Assembly: GCF_964355755.1 (NCBI RefSeq)
Contig: NC_092678.1
Coordinates: 13,948,352-14,012,351 of the forward strand
Origin: Antedon mediterranea
Taxonomy: Eukaryota; Animalia; Echinodermata
Length of the DNA stretch: 64,000 nt
Direction of reading: 5' to 3'
Of the stretch, positions 46,527-60,290 are shown piece after piece (within the stretch, counting starts at the first letter, position 1; every line of letters starts with the position of its first letter). The position numbers and the translations under genes were made by a program. The notes beneath the pieces were generated by a model. It saw only the letters and a list, made by a program, of their open reading frames with translations, did no database searches and was not told the DNA's origin.

Positions 46527-48849
46527 CAGTCGAGCAGCAAAGTGCTCATTTAACCGTCAAAACGCTGTTTTTTAACTGCGCAGGTCACTGAGCATCGTCA
46601 AGTTACAGTGACTTCCGGTTCGCTTTTCACTTCGCGGCAAGCATTTTGCATGGAATACCCTTACAAATCTGCTGCAATTTCCACCATCCGGGTTAAATTA
46701 TATCTTTCTATATTTGGAAATTGTTACTCCTAATATGGAAGATTATTCCCGCCACAAAATTTTGGTATAAATAGCCCAGGAAAGGACGACAGAGCTTATT
46801 GAAGAAAAAAGTGCAGATGGAGGTGTTCGTTGAGGTAGGCTACATGATTTATTTGTTTGGTTTCGTAGGGAATCCGGCACTTTTCTCATCAGCACGGAAC
46901 CTTTATAAAAACTTAGTGGTTGGTTATTAGGTTATTAATCTATCTTTTCTGAAAGTTTAAGCTTGGTTCAGCTTGTGGGACGGATTCAATATCCGTTCAA
47001 AGCTGGGGATATATTCTAAGCAGACTCCATCTTGGATTCGTATGTTTAGTACAGGCCGTGTGGTTGAGTAATTTCAATCCTTCAAAATCACTATGTGCAA
47101 TCCGTTTTTAAACCAGTTAATATACCAAAATATGTTATTAGTAGCTTTTTTATTTTGGATTTGGTGCTAGTTTGGTAAAAATTGCAATATAATTGTAGAT
47201 TATTTGGTTGTAAAAAAATGTACCCAACTTGTAGTATTATCTAGGCCTAGGCTAGGCCTAGCCCATTTGACGGAAACCCAGTGCTATTTGTAGGCGGATA
47301 GAGAGGGCCGCAGGCTAGTTTTTAGTGGCATATCGCCGACTTATTATAATCAATGTGAAGCCATATTATTATGTTTAAAATGTTGAATCTATATCCACTG
47401 GATTATGGATATAATATATATCGTCTGATATTTAAAGAAAGGCCTAGGCCTAGACCTTTTTATTTAATTAATTTAGGACTATATTACGGGAAATTATTTG
47501 CCAAAGAAAAGAAAATACGTTGTGGCTGTTGGAGGTTTGTAAATATATGACAATAATGTAGCCTAGGCTAGGAAGGACTGTAGGTAGGATGAGGTAATTT
47601 GGATGGTCGTACATATGATATTTATATATACAGTATTGTGTATAGTAGTGATTATGGCGACAAAATTTAGGATGACTAAAGTTGACATTAAAATTATTTA
47701 ACTATGAATAGCTCATTATTGGTGTTTTTTTTTTCTTTCAGGTTTCTAAGAATAAACTAGGCTATCCGACTTGTGATTCATCTTGTGCTGCAAAAACAAT
47801 CCTATTTTGATATTTGTAAATTGATGTACGTAACAGATGTCTTTAAAAATAAAAAAAAATTAAAAATTTTTATTATCGCGATGATTTAACTCAAATATTG
47901 ACATATATAACTTGATATTTTAGCCTGAGCAAGATAGTTTGATAGGCATATTTTACTTCGATGTAAATAAGATATTACATGTTATACTGTATGTAAAATA
48001 CTTTTTTGTAAATAAAATTATTTAATGGTGGTTAATTTATTAACTTGTTAATTTATTAACTTGTTAATTTGTTTGTTAGTTATGATGTTATACTATTAAT
48101 TATTTAGTTAGTAACCAAAGTGGAGTGGATTCGTGGCAGTTGCAACTTGACTGTAATATGCATATATATAATAATATTTACTTCTTCTTGGATAAAGTAA
48201 AAGCAAAATAAGCAATAATAAAAATTAAATATTTATTTTGCCATAAAGAAAGCAAAAACTAAACATACAGTACTATATGTACAGTAATACCATGGACCTA
48301 TAGGTCCATAGTAATACATACTGTAGTATTGAGCACTAGTAGCAGAGACGTCTGGACAATCGAATATAATCGTTATCAGCTGTCTGGGTACCCAAGGCTA
48401 GTGCTAGAAAATGGCGAAAATTCGTGTATTCATTCGCCGTCAGCGAAATGAATCCGGCACTTTTCTCATCAGAAGCAAATCAACAAATCCTTTTATCAGT
48501 TTGTTTTGATATATAATCTGGATAATATATATTAAAATGGCCTTGGTTCAAGCATGTTTAACAGGTAAAATCAGATTTTTTCCTACCTTAGCACTGCGGT
48601 ACCCTACGCCGTGTGGGGGAACCGATCTCGGCAGTATTTCTTAAGTAGCCTATCTTTCGTAAAATCCTTAGTTCAATTTTATTAATATAAATTTAATTGT
48701 ATGAATATGCTATTTAAATGTTATTGACATTTTTTTTTGCTGCATTTTGTAATTCCGCACTACTTGCTTTATCGCGATTCCAAGATGGCGGCAATTCAAA
48801 TTTTGATTTGGTAATAATTCGCGAGGTCAACCACTTTGCTGCCCGACTG
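46527..48849. mobile_element. Non-autonomous TIR DNA transposon, superfamily unassigned
   Basis: 18-bp TIRs CAGTCG(A/G)GCAGCAAAGTG with one mismatch; 4-bp duplication ATGT at 46523-46526 and 48850-48853; no long ORF. Confidence 0.8.
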
Positions 48850-50289
48850 ATGTAATCAACCAACCACATTTCATGTTTTTAAACACGACAATAAATAATA
48901 TTGTATCGTTTAATGCAGTTCCACGCAGTAGGCCTAATGTTTTGTAACTTAATTTGACGTTTAGTGCGGCATACCCATCAAACTTTAAATGTATGCGTCG
49001 TGCTCAATAGACATAATTAATATAATAATTAACAACTCCAAACTGGATGGAATATGTCATACATTGAATGACGGAAACAATTATGAATAAAACAAATTGG
49101 GCAGCCACGTCATAATATTTACATTACAAATTAAGACACAGTATTTGTATTACAAGTAAAATTGAGCTGCACAAAATCACATAATTAGATAATCGTATAA
49201 TATAATAAAAGAAACAAAAACAAAATAATATCAAAAGTATGTTAAATAAAAAAATACACTATTAGCAAAACTAAATTACAAGGTTTTGCACTACAAAGCA
49301 AAAGCTATATATCTGGAAATTAAAAGATAACAAACATTGTAAAAATCACACTGATGGTGAAGATCACATGTTCTTCAAATGTAAACATATTAAAGATTTT
49401 TGGGAAAAAAGTAGGAAATATTCTTAAATCTGAACGATAACGATATATATAATAGGCCTTATACAGTTTCTAATTTGTACATATTTTCTTTCAAAGAAGA
49501 TATCAAACTGTGTTTTTTTTACAGTGCCAAATGTTTCTTAGTTGCTGCTAAAACACGAATAGGCTACTCACGCACTAAATCAAACCACTGAAGACAAATG
49601 ATACATTTTCACCTGCATACCTGTATCAGTAAAATGACAAAACGAAGCCAGTAGTTTATTGTCTTTCATATTTTCATCATTTGTTAGATACAATAAATTG
49701 TAGGCCTACGTTAGTTAGTAAACAATTCAATGCATTGTACAGTTTAAAAAAAATACATATCGAATTTTAAACAAGATTTAAAATACAAAAAACACAGTAT
49801 AATATTAATGAACACGTTAACAAGTTAAACATAGTAAAAGTTAAGAACATACGATCACTAGAGCAACGATTATATTTTAAAACTTCTGAATTTGTAAAAT
49901 TACCAATGTAACTGACTGACTAATTATAAAAATACAAAGCATTGAACACCCGGGCATACACACACATCCTTAAAAACATAGTGGTTATGTTGGTACACTC
50001 CATGTTCAAACTATGATAATGAATCGTAACTCTTTTAAAGAAATGAAAGAAAAACAAATAGCAAACTAAATGTAGCAATGACATCCATGAAAGTGACAAC
50101 AAAGAGGTACCCAACTGTGTCACCTTCGCAGATTTCCAGACAATTTGCTGATGTAATTGTTAATTAGTGAATCTTTATACAGTAAGTAGATTTGAGACTG
50201 GCTATATTATGCATAATGGATAATTGGACCTTTTCCTATAGGCCTAATTTGGTAATTAAACGTGTGGACCAGTTTTTTTGTTACGACTA

Positions 50290-50860
50290 ATAAACTCCGG
50301 ATCTTTCCAGTTTGCTGAAATGCATAAAATGTTGATTTGGGAAGATTTTTTTATTTGCTGAATGGGTACCAGCACTGTAAAGCATAACACCAAGGTCACA
50401 TACGGATGTCGCGGACGGTGGACCAATCGTATGATCCGATTCTGCTACTGTCAATAGGTATGTATCTGTATAACTATATAAAGTGTATAATGTCTGCATA
50501 AGTGTTGTACTTTTAACATACATATATTATAGAGGGCGCTATATGGAGTAAATACAAACAGCGTATGCCAACCGAAATGTTTGGTCTAGTAGCAAAGGCT
50601 TCATTTTTAATCGTTGAGAGAGATTATTTAGAGGGTTACTGTAGGTTTAGTATATTTAGGAAGTAATTTTTTATAATAGAAAATAATTAAGGTAATAAAC
50701 TCATTGTAAATTGTCAACAGACACTGTGCTACATGACAGTGTACGGTGTTTAAAGTACATCATTTATGCAGACAGCAACGTGGATAACTTGCTATAGTTA
50801 TACTGTACCACCTATGGACAGTAGCAGAATCGGCTAATTGCATGTGCCGGAGTGTTACGC
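50290..50860. mobile_element. Degenerate fold-back MITE
   Basis: Inverted arms ccgattctgctactgtc (about 50437) / gacagtagcagaatcgg (about 50817) and tgtctgcataa / ttatgcagaca. Confidence 0.55.
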
Positions 50861-51772
50861 TTTGGGTGTCATCGCCACTTTTAAGACAATAATGTACTAA
50901 CTGAATTCAAGTTCAGCATTATAAAATCATTTATCAAAATCTACTAAATTATACTATACTACTGGATATTATAATTACACCTATATTACCTTATCATATA
51001 CAGCACACCCACATTACATCACAAAAAAACACATATATAATACAAACAGTTTAATAGAACAGATATGTACTGCAAATTCGTCTTATTTGTATATATTATG
51101 CATAGTTACATTGATTGCACTAATTGTGAAATATAGATAACCGCAATTGTCAGCTTTAGTTCCTTTCATTTTTTTTATAAGACGTCCTTCTTAATCGATT
51201 CAAGTTTATCTTCACTCAACAACCCTTGTGATTCCAAATCCAAAATCAAACTACACCTGTCTGCATACTTCTTAAGAACATGAAAGTTGTAAAGTATATC
51301 AAGAGTTGTTATATCCGAGTCACTACTAAGACTTTTTCCCAGATTGAAAATCTTAATTGTGTGTCCTGAAAATGCTACTGTACGCCTCTTTCGTTTGATA
51401 GATGAAAGCTTTTCTTGAATGACTGACTGAAAGCCAAATTGTTGCGTAACTTTTATTGCGTCATACAATAAAGACAGATTTGTTCGACTCAATAGTCCTT
51501 TCGCAGACAAAAGAGTTAACAATTCGATTGTAGTGGTTACCTTTTTCACCGCTTCAACGTCATCTAACATTTCTATGAATAGAACTTTTAGCCTGTTAAG
51601 AAGTTCATTTTCATCATACAACTGTGCAAAATCTTTAATCATCTGTCTAAAGTCGTTATCCGAGAGATCTACAAGGGAGACAAACACAATGTTGTTATGT
51701 GAAGCGTTCGGTATTATTATGAGTTATCATACTTATAATCATAATAGTCACCTATAATTATGATTATGAATA

Positions 51773-53164
51773 CTAGATGGTACGCTCGCTTCACTCGCGT
51801 ACCATCTAGGTCGTGCCCACAGATGGTTCTCGAATACACAGTAATTTCAGGGTAAAAAATCTGGCGATTTCAAATGCACGTACCGCAGGACTTAACTATA
51901 ATACATTGTCGTTTACAGAAACGAATAAGTAGACACAATGATTTATGTAGTCAACCAAAATTAGCACCCTGGGAATTACTTCCGAAAGAGAAATTTACCA
52001 CAAAATGAGTCCAAATTGTTTATTCATTTAAAGAAACCCAATTAGGGTTGAGGGATGGGAAAGACAAAGAGGATAGGTACAAAGAGGAACAATTTTTAAA
52101 TATATTCTTTATCCACGTCAGTAACGAAATATTGTTTTCATTTTTTATAGGCTTATAAATAATATACCACTAACGGACCCTAAATATAGTAAAACATTTT
52201 CGATTTAATACTTTGTTAAAACTGTCACTGTCATAGTCGATTGAAATAGTAAAGTACATGTAACGATACACCACTACGACGTTTATATTTTTTGTAATTA
52301 TTAATTAATGCAAACATTGAGAAGCAACTGTCAGTAATAAAGTTTATTTGTATATTACGTGTTTATATATCTTAATGCAAACATTGAGAAGCAACTGTCA
52401 GTAATAAAGTTTATTTGTATATTACGTGTTTATATATCTAACAGTAGAGCCTACCCATAATCACAGTAATAAAGTTTATTTGTATATATTTTTTTACATC
52501 TAACAGTATTCACAGTAAGAAATGTTTGTATATATTTTTTTACATCTATTCACAGTAAGAAATGTTCGATTCAAATGACGACCAAAAATGGTTAATAGGA
52601 CGTATTTGCAGTACTGTATTGTCAAAGTATTGCAAGTTTATTCTCCAAGGGCTCATAAATTTACCTACTTGTGTTAAACCAAACTGGCAGACTGAGAGAT
52701 TGGAATGTTCTATTCATCGCAAATCAATACATTTGTAAAAACGTAAATTAAATCTATCAAAATAGTATTTTTTAAAGAAAATCGGCCTGTCTTCAACATT
52801 ATGATGCTGTACTCGAGCAGTTCAACCGGTTTTCAGCTATTAAAAACAATTATCGTAGGAGGAGATAGGAAAATGCGAAGCGTCCTCGTATTATTGTGTG
52901 CGGGTATTTTTCAAGTTGGACATCCATTAGACAGTGTATACCACGATCGGAAAACACCCCTCTTTGGGGCAAATCGTTGAACCTAAATTCGTTTTAATCA
53001 TCAATAACTAATTATGTAACTCAATTTAATTAGTAAACAGGGTTACATCAGGTGGTTAAAATCAGTACCGAAAGTACGAACCAACTTTATATACCATCGA
53101 GTAAAAATTCTAGAAGTAAGGCGCGATTTACCGAATTTTGCCCTTACGTAAATTTATATATAGA
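51773..53164 (-). mobile_element. Non-autonomous Helitron, best-preserved copy (1392 bp)
   Basis: Minus strand A|TCTATATATAAA ... GATGGTACGCGAGTGAAGCGAGCGTACCAT hairpin ending in CTAG|T; no TSD; internal ~60-bp tandem duplication at about 52305-52440. Confidence 0.92.
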
Positions 53165-54717
53165 TAAGTTCATTAACCACAACAATGTTTTAATCAGCTT
53201 CAGTAACAAAAGTATAAACAAAACTATACCACTGTTATTATCTTATTCTTAACCTGATTACCAACATAATACATATACATTTTTATAACATTCCATTATA
53301 TATTAGTAATTTGCTTTCACTTGGATGACATCGGTGACTCATTCATGTTCGTTCTTCTCGTTACTTCCTAAATTAACACAACACAATGGTACAGTACTTT
53401 TATAATACTGTATGCTCTTTTGCAATGATATGCATTTTTAGCCTGCACTCAATGCTGTAAATTTGTTTATACTGCGCCGTATCAACAACTGTTTACAATT
53501 TCGTGTGAAGACAATCTAGTGAGTTATTGATGGAGAAATTAGTTACTTAACATCTTCTTAATCCCTAAGCCATTTCCTATTTATATTTAACATATAGAGA
53601 AAATATTCTGACAACCAAGGACCCTAACATAAACAGATAACAACATAATAACAATATAGCAAAGCAAAACATATTCACGGGGGAAAAACAACAATTTAGA
53701 AGACGGTTACACAAATATGCCTTACAGGAGATAGAGTTTGAAGAAATTGAAATGTTAAAAATACCAATTAAATATTTAAATTGTTGAAATTGCATAAATG
53801 TTCTTAATAATTGTTTATACAGTATTTAGAATTTAAGAACATGTTAATATTGCAAATAATTTGGTAAAATACGAAGAATCTTTTTTTGTCGGTGTCAAAT
53901 TTTTTTAAATAGTCTTAACATGATTTAGAGACACAGCAATTTAAAATAAACTTAACATACCGGATTTAGTACGTATTGGCCAAAAGAAACATAACAAATA
54001 AAATAATCTTCAAAGAATAGCAATTTCTGATTCTTTTATTTCATTAGGATGCATATTATGATAGTGTAAAGATCACATTGCCTATCAATTTAACACATTT
54101 ATTCTACTTTAGAATTATGTTTACAAGAGTGATATATATCGTAAACTGCACTCAAAATGTAAAAATCAACATCAAAGAAATTCTTTAAAAATCAACGCAA
54201 TCTGTACTATAATTTTCAACACGTGTAGAGCCCAATAGTAAAATTAACCTTTAGAGAATATATTTGTCGCCTGATATGATACATACGATCATTATAAACA
54301 TCCTCTAGATTTTATGTTTTTTTAGAAAATGTCATGAATATAAAATTGGTTGAAAGAAATATAACAGATTGGATTACATACTATAAAGGTGTGTCAAAAG
54401 GTATTTAAAACTTCTGCTAGTCATAAATATTACTAATATTACCTTGGTGTCCTGGAGATGGCACATGCACTGGTACTGGCTCATGTTCTTCATTTGTCCG
54501 AGGTACAGAGCCTGGCTCTGATTTGGGCTTTGTCTCTGTAACTGGCACTGGCTGCTTCGCCTCGTTAGCTTCTGACTCTGATTCATAAACAAAATATTTT
54601 ATTTGGTGTTTATTAATTCGCATTTCTGAACATTATGATATTATTTTGAAATTGTAAAGTTGTAAACAGTATGTCATTTTAGGTTTTGAAACTTACCCTA
54701 CGTTGCCTGCTGGCAGT

Positions 54718-55290
54718 GTCAAGTCAAGTCAAATATCATTTATTGCCATTTGTTTTAAGATAAAACATAGAAATTCTGTTTGCTCTATTGGCAGAACACA
54801 ATATACAGCTGACACAACACGTACTCAAAACAAAAACATTTCAAAAAGTGTCTACATGATGTTTAAGGCTCTAATAACTCCAGGAAAGAAACTATTTGTA
54901 AACCGTGCCTTATTGGCCTTACTAGAACGAAATCGCCGACCACTGCGCATCAACTGGAACATACTAGAGGACGGATGAAATTGATCATATGATAGCCACT
55001 GGCTTTTTTAGAAGACGATCCGAAAATTTGAATACTCCAAAGGCAATTGTGCAGATCCAATTATACGCGATGCGGTCTTGACTAAAATTTAGGTCACGCT
55101 TTTCATGTTCGGTAGCGCTAACCACACCGTTGAAGAATACGTTAGACACTCTCTATAACTGACCTATAGAAGGGCGACATTATAGCAGAGTTTATACCAA
55201 ATGACCTAAGTCTACGTAGGAAGGAGATTTTTCTTTGGGCCTTTCTAATAATGTTACGTGTGTTAATATGCCACTTCAGATCATTTAAAA
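54718..55290 (-). mobile_element. Rex1/Babar-like LINE 3' fragment in an intron
   Basis: (TTGAC)n tail with AATAAA at 54718-54745. The minus strand encodes FHPSSSMFQLMRSGRRFRSSKANKARFTNSFFPGVIRALN, a typical C-terminus for this clade. Confidence 0.75.
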
Positions 55291-55989
55291 TAATAAATGT
55301 GTAAATGTGTAAGTCTGTGTGAAGTCTTTTTACCTATTGTCTAACTAAGGACCAAAGTCATTACATTTTGTATTTTATGACCACTAGTTGGTTATCAAAC
55401 ATTATTGAATAGTTTCTTAAAAAAGAGCTAAATATTCATAGATTATTTACATACTTTTCTGTTAGCTTTAGACTGTGTCAAAATAACAAAACATATTTAA
55501 ACACATCGTGACAATACACACTATCATTATTATCTTTATCTACTGGTAATTTACCTTCACTTGGTAAACGTTGGTGACTCAGTGTTGCGCATTCGCTTTC
55601 GTCACAATTTCCTAAAAGTGATCAAAGTGTGCTGTTACGTCAAAAAAATATTGTAATTATCTAAACGTGTTTAATATGTGTACGCAATGTTGTAAACATT
55701 GATGTTATACGTATCACCATAGAGATATTATAGTGAACTATAATATCTCTATGGTATCACAAATGTCCTTGTTCTGTGTGAAAGTGAATAATTAAGAAAG
55801 TTGTAACTTTTAATTAATATTCACTTAATACATAACCAAAACCATAATAAATATGACATACCTTGATTTGAAATGGATGCCTCAACTACACCTGTCAAAA
55901 TTAAACAATACAATAACTATTTCCGTACAAATTAGAAATTTGTTACATTTTAATGACCATAATGATCTGAACCACAACTAAATAACACT

Positions 55990-56390
55990 AATGCCAGTTT
56001 GGTAATTGGTATTATACAACGAAATGGCTATAAATGTAAGAAGCAACAGGAGTTTGAAATTGCTCAGTTAGCTGACAATACAATAATTTTAGCTAGACAG
56101 AAAAAAGGTATTGAAACTTATTTAAATGAAGTAGACTTGTTTTGAAAGGTTGCAGGTTATCACAAATATAATACACTTTCAACCAAAATGAAAACCAAAG
56201 GAATGTGGCTCTTCAAAAAAATTATGTTTTGTAAACCATTTGGAATGCAGTCGGTTGATGACCCTGTACATTCGTTGGTACTTTTGTTGGTTATAATAAC
56301 AAGAAATGCCACAAAAAAAGAAAAGATCAACAATTTAAAAAACGTCTTAAAAGCTTGGGAAAAAAGAAATGTAAGTAGTTTGGTAAAGTG
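55990..56390 (+). mobile_element. L1/Tx1-like RT fragment
   Basis: IAQLADNTII..EVDLF*KVAG..KTKGMWL pattern, degenerate. Confidence 0.45.
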
Positions 56391-56499
56391 ACGGAAATAA
56401 AAAAAAACTTAACTACACTACTGCTAGTATATTAGATAGATTAGAATTATAGATGTTTTGTAGAAATAGCAGAGTTTTACATAGTTTTATCATGATTTT

Positions 56500-57132
56500 A
56501 TATGACTATGGCAATTTACCAATAATATTTTATCATATGTGTATAACTATTGTATAAATAAAAAATTCCTCATTTCTTGTTGAGTTTAAAAAATTGCTAC
56601 TGAAATCCAATTTGTTTGAAACAAAAAAACGTTCTTATTATGATACAGGTGATAAGAAGATTAACCAAATTCACACTAGAATCCGACTTGGTTTCAGCTG
56701 TCTCAATTCGCATTTATTCTTACATGGACTTCGGGACAATCCAAATTGTACTTGTGGCTTTAATGTTGAGAATCTGCTTCATTTCTTATGTTACTGCCCT
56801 AATTATAATACACAAAGAGATATTCTACTTGTAAGCGCTAACTCAATTATTGAGGATATCTTAGCCAAGGATTTTTCTTTAACATTTAATTTTACATTTT
56901 TAAGTGAAATTTTTATTTTTGGTTCCGATCTTCTTTCGAATTGTGGAAATGCTTTATTATTTTATTATGTACAACAATTTCATGTTAATTCTGGAAGATT
57001 TAATTGATGTTTCTGTTAGTTGTTTTAAAATGTTGTATTTGTTAATCTGAGGCGCCTTGAAGCTAAGGTGGTTCCATCTTGTAAGGCGCCTCTGTGTAAT
57101 ATACTGAATAAAAAAAAAACAAAAAAAAAAAA
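56500..57132 (+). mobile_element. CR1-group LINE 3' end with C-terminal zinc finger and poly(A)
   Basis: HTRIRLGFSCLNSHLF..NPNCTCG..ENLLHFLCYCPNY; AATAAA and an A-run at 57107-57132. Confidence 0.8.
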
Positions 57133-60100
57133 CTATTGTATTATAGTAATTGATTGTAATTTCTGTTTTGCATATTGGATTTCAATAAATATAGTACTAT
57201 AATTTCAATTATCTAACTGCTTACAAATGTTCAGTGACAGATTAGCTCTCACGGACACAATATCTAAGTGACAAAGTTGTAATCACTAGCAAAACAGCTA
57301 TAGAACAAACATCTTAGTTTTTTAAATGAAATACAGATGAACGATACCTGTATTGTTGCTAAACTCTCAATGAAATAACATAGCAGCTCTTTAAAAGATT
57401 AAAATGTAAACCGACAACGTCTATGATATGTGATGCATAACTGAAACACTTCTGCTAGGCGCCTGTCATTAGACTCTTAAGGTTTATTTTGTGTGTTGTT
57501 GATGTATTTATCAATGTTAATGACGAATAAAGATAATATAAAAGATTGAGATTTAATTAAGATGAAGTAATTAAATTGAAGAAGGAACATAAACGAAAAA
57601 AAAACTTACCTGTAGAAAAATATCGCTTGATATGAGCTGTATTCATAGACGTATCGGTTCCACATGTAATTACATCTTTTTTCAAACATTTTTCAAGGTC
57701 AACTAAGTGATGTTCCTCTGGATTACAAGCATCGCATACCACATGTAGCTTGTAACCACTACCTTCGTATATGTTACATACGGTTTGTAGTTGGTCCCTC
57801 AAGTAACTTAGTACCTGAACACATAAAAGTGGTGTAAAATATTACATTTAATTTACATTTACATTACATTTTGTTTAGAAGTGTTAATATCATGCATAAT
57901 AATGATTACCTCCATGCAAACACTCGGTTGCAGTTGTCGTTTCTTTGGTTTGGCGCCACCAACTTTTGTGTTATAACTCTTTTCTGTCCTACGATATATT
58001 TGAAGCTAATAAGTAATAAAAAATAGAAAATATTTGTTGATGAATCCGTTCATTTTTTATTAAAGATGTGTAAACATCATTTGATAATTTGGTATGTTAA
58101 GTTGGTAGGTATAGGTGTGTAGTGCAAGATGCATTATGCAATGATATACCATAAGTAATACATATAATATAGATTCTAATTGACATAGTATGTATTTATA
58201 TGCTACAAACATGGTGAGCTATTCAACTATTATTATTCTACCTTAATTGTGTGTGGTTTTTCATTATCACACTTAATGTCTACGGCACCTAAACTGATTT
58301 TGTGATCTTTAAATTCAAAATCACTACGATTCCGGAAGACTTGTGAATCATCACTATCTGTTCCAGTCAACAACTACTGTAAGGAGTGGTACACAGCCTC
58401 AGGAAGAAAGTCTGTCGGAGTCAGATAAATTGATATCATCTGCGTGTCATCTTTTGTCACTTCTAGACTAGTATTTGTATAAACTTTCATCCGACATGGC
58501 ACCAAGAATTCACGGTTACCTTTTTCTTCCTGTTATTATAAACATTGATTTTGAACAATATTGAAAAGAGGATACAATATTTCAGTTTATTTTTTTAAAC
58601 GATTATCAATTAACCAATATAATGAGTAAGCTTCATACATACCGTTTTTTTCTCAAAAATTAATCAAACACCCTCATCACTTCTATAAAGATGTTAAAAT
58701 TACCTTCGTCTTGATTTTGCCATAAATAACGCAATACCTTTTCCTCAAGAATACCTTCATCTTCAAGTCTTTTCCATCGCCTTTTCAGTTCCATCTGTAC
58801 TCAAATAATGTAACAATTTTAAAGAGAATTTTACTTCAAATTGCAGTAATACTGATCACGTCTACATTAACTTATTAACGAAAGACCAGAATTGTACAAA
58901 ATACCAATCTAGGGTAGTCTAGATAGTTTCACTTTTCTACTTTAACGCCATATTTTTCAGATACAAAATGATAGAACAGATTCGCACTCTAAATGTTCAT
59001 TTGTAAAAAATTACCATAACAAATTAATTGACAACATTGCCATCTTTTCCGTTGGATCAAACAGCCTATTGTTCGGCACGGATTGCAACCACTCCCCGTC
59101 TATCTGTAAGTAGACCGTTTAAAATATTTATTTGAGGATATTTGTAGGCCTGTGTTCATTATTATTCTGATCGAATTTCTAGTATTAATATTATAATTGT
59201 CTAACATACATCTTTAATATGTGGTGGAAATACTGTGATAACAGTTGTCAACATCTGTATCATCGTGTGAATATTAGTTATTATTGTGTTCCTTAATTTC
59301 TCGTCTTTATTGGAATACATAACCTTTCCAATGTCATTCATATACGTTATGGCTACAATGATCGCTTCTTCGGAAATTCCACATTCAGTGCCAATTCTTG
59401 AAGCCTATAATACATTATTTAAATTAGTAAATATGAATAAATATAACATTTTTTATATAACAATAACCTATACTATTTTAGTTATAAATGTATACTCTAC
59501 TACCTTCACAAGTTCTAGTATGCTTAGATTTATAATGAACGTTTATAAATATTGTACAGGAAAATAAGAAAGCTCAAGTTAAACCGTTGGTAATACATAT
59601 TTTACTATTATGTCACAACATTGCATTAAATTAATTAAATAATATTACTGTTTATATCTACCAAGCTATCGTAATTGTTTTCTACTCTTACTGTATTCCA
59701 ATCCACTCAGGCAGCTGATGCTTAACTTACTCTCTTGTACTTCGCAATTTATTTCTGGTTGTTTTACTTTAGGCCTATCGTTTTAGCTATTGTTTGCCTA
59801 TTTGATTTGTATCTTCATTACATTAGATTTGCACGTTTGACTGCTGATACCATATGACGTCATTTTTTATGATTATGCGCATTTTTTATGTACGTACTGT
59901 AAACGTGGTTTAAAGATTCACCGAACTCAATGAAACGATCTTTTTAATGTACAATTACACATGTATTATAAATGTATTTTATAACGGGACGCATATTATG
60001 GAGATTTAAATCGTTTCTTATTATTCAATGCCGTAGATTGTTGGAGGCAAAATTCTTATTAACGTAAAGATAAAGCTTTGCCAGAATTAGTTATGTGAAA

Positions 60101-60179
60101 CTTGGGCGGAAATCGACTGGAATCTAAAATATTTTAGTAGTATATTTTTAAAATAAGATTATTATATAGGCCTATTATA

Positions 60180-60290
60180 TAACACCTAAATAAATTCATT
60201 TGATTGGACGATTGTGGGTCACATGGCGTGCAATAGTGCGCACTATTAAACGATCGTTTAATAGTACGAAAAAAAAAACATTTCGCGGAT
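60180..60290 (-). repeat. Inverted copy of the interspersed repeat at about 8200-8300 (more of it at 61637-61800)
   Basis: gattggacgattgtgggtcaca..gtgcaatag..cactattaaacgatcgttta is the reverse complement of 8216-8275; 61637-61800 is the reverse complement of about 8510-8670. Confidence 0.8.

Larger units (their letters stand above)
51175..59404 (-). pseudogene. Multi-exon Roco-family-like pseudogene: COR domain, linker exons, C-terminal tandem DED-like domains
   Basis: GT-AG exons at 59404-59210 (AITYMNDIGKVMY..LRNTIITN), 58794-58643 (WKRLEDEGILEEKVLRYLW; 1-nt frameshift), 58529-58242 (FLVPCRM..FLPEAVYH; TAG at 58376-58374), 58005-57910 and 57814-57610. Small low-complexity exons follow near 55880, 55580, 54500 and 53340. 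ORF 51687-51175 has a DED-like pattern (LKVL..ELLTLL..GLLSRTNLSLL; LILDLESQGLLSEDKL). No Roc GTPase exons were found. Confidence 0.7.
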
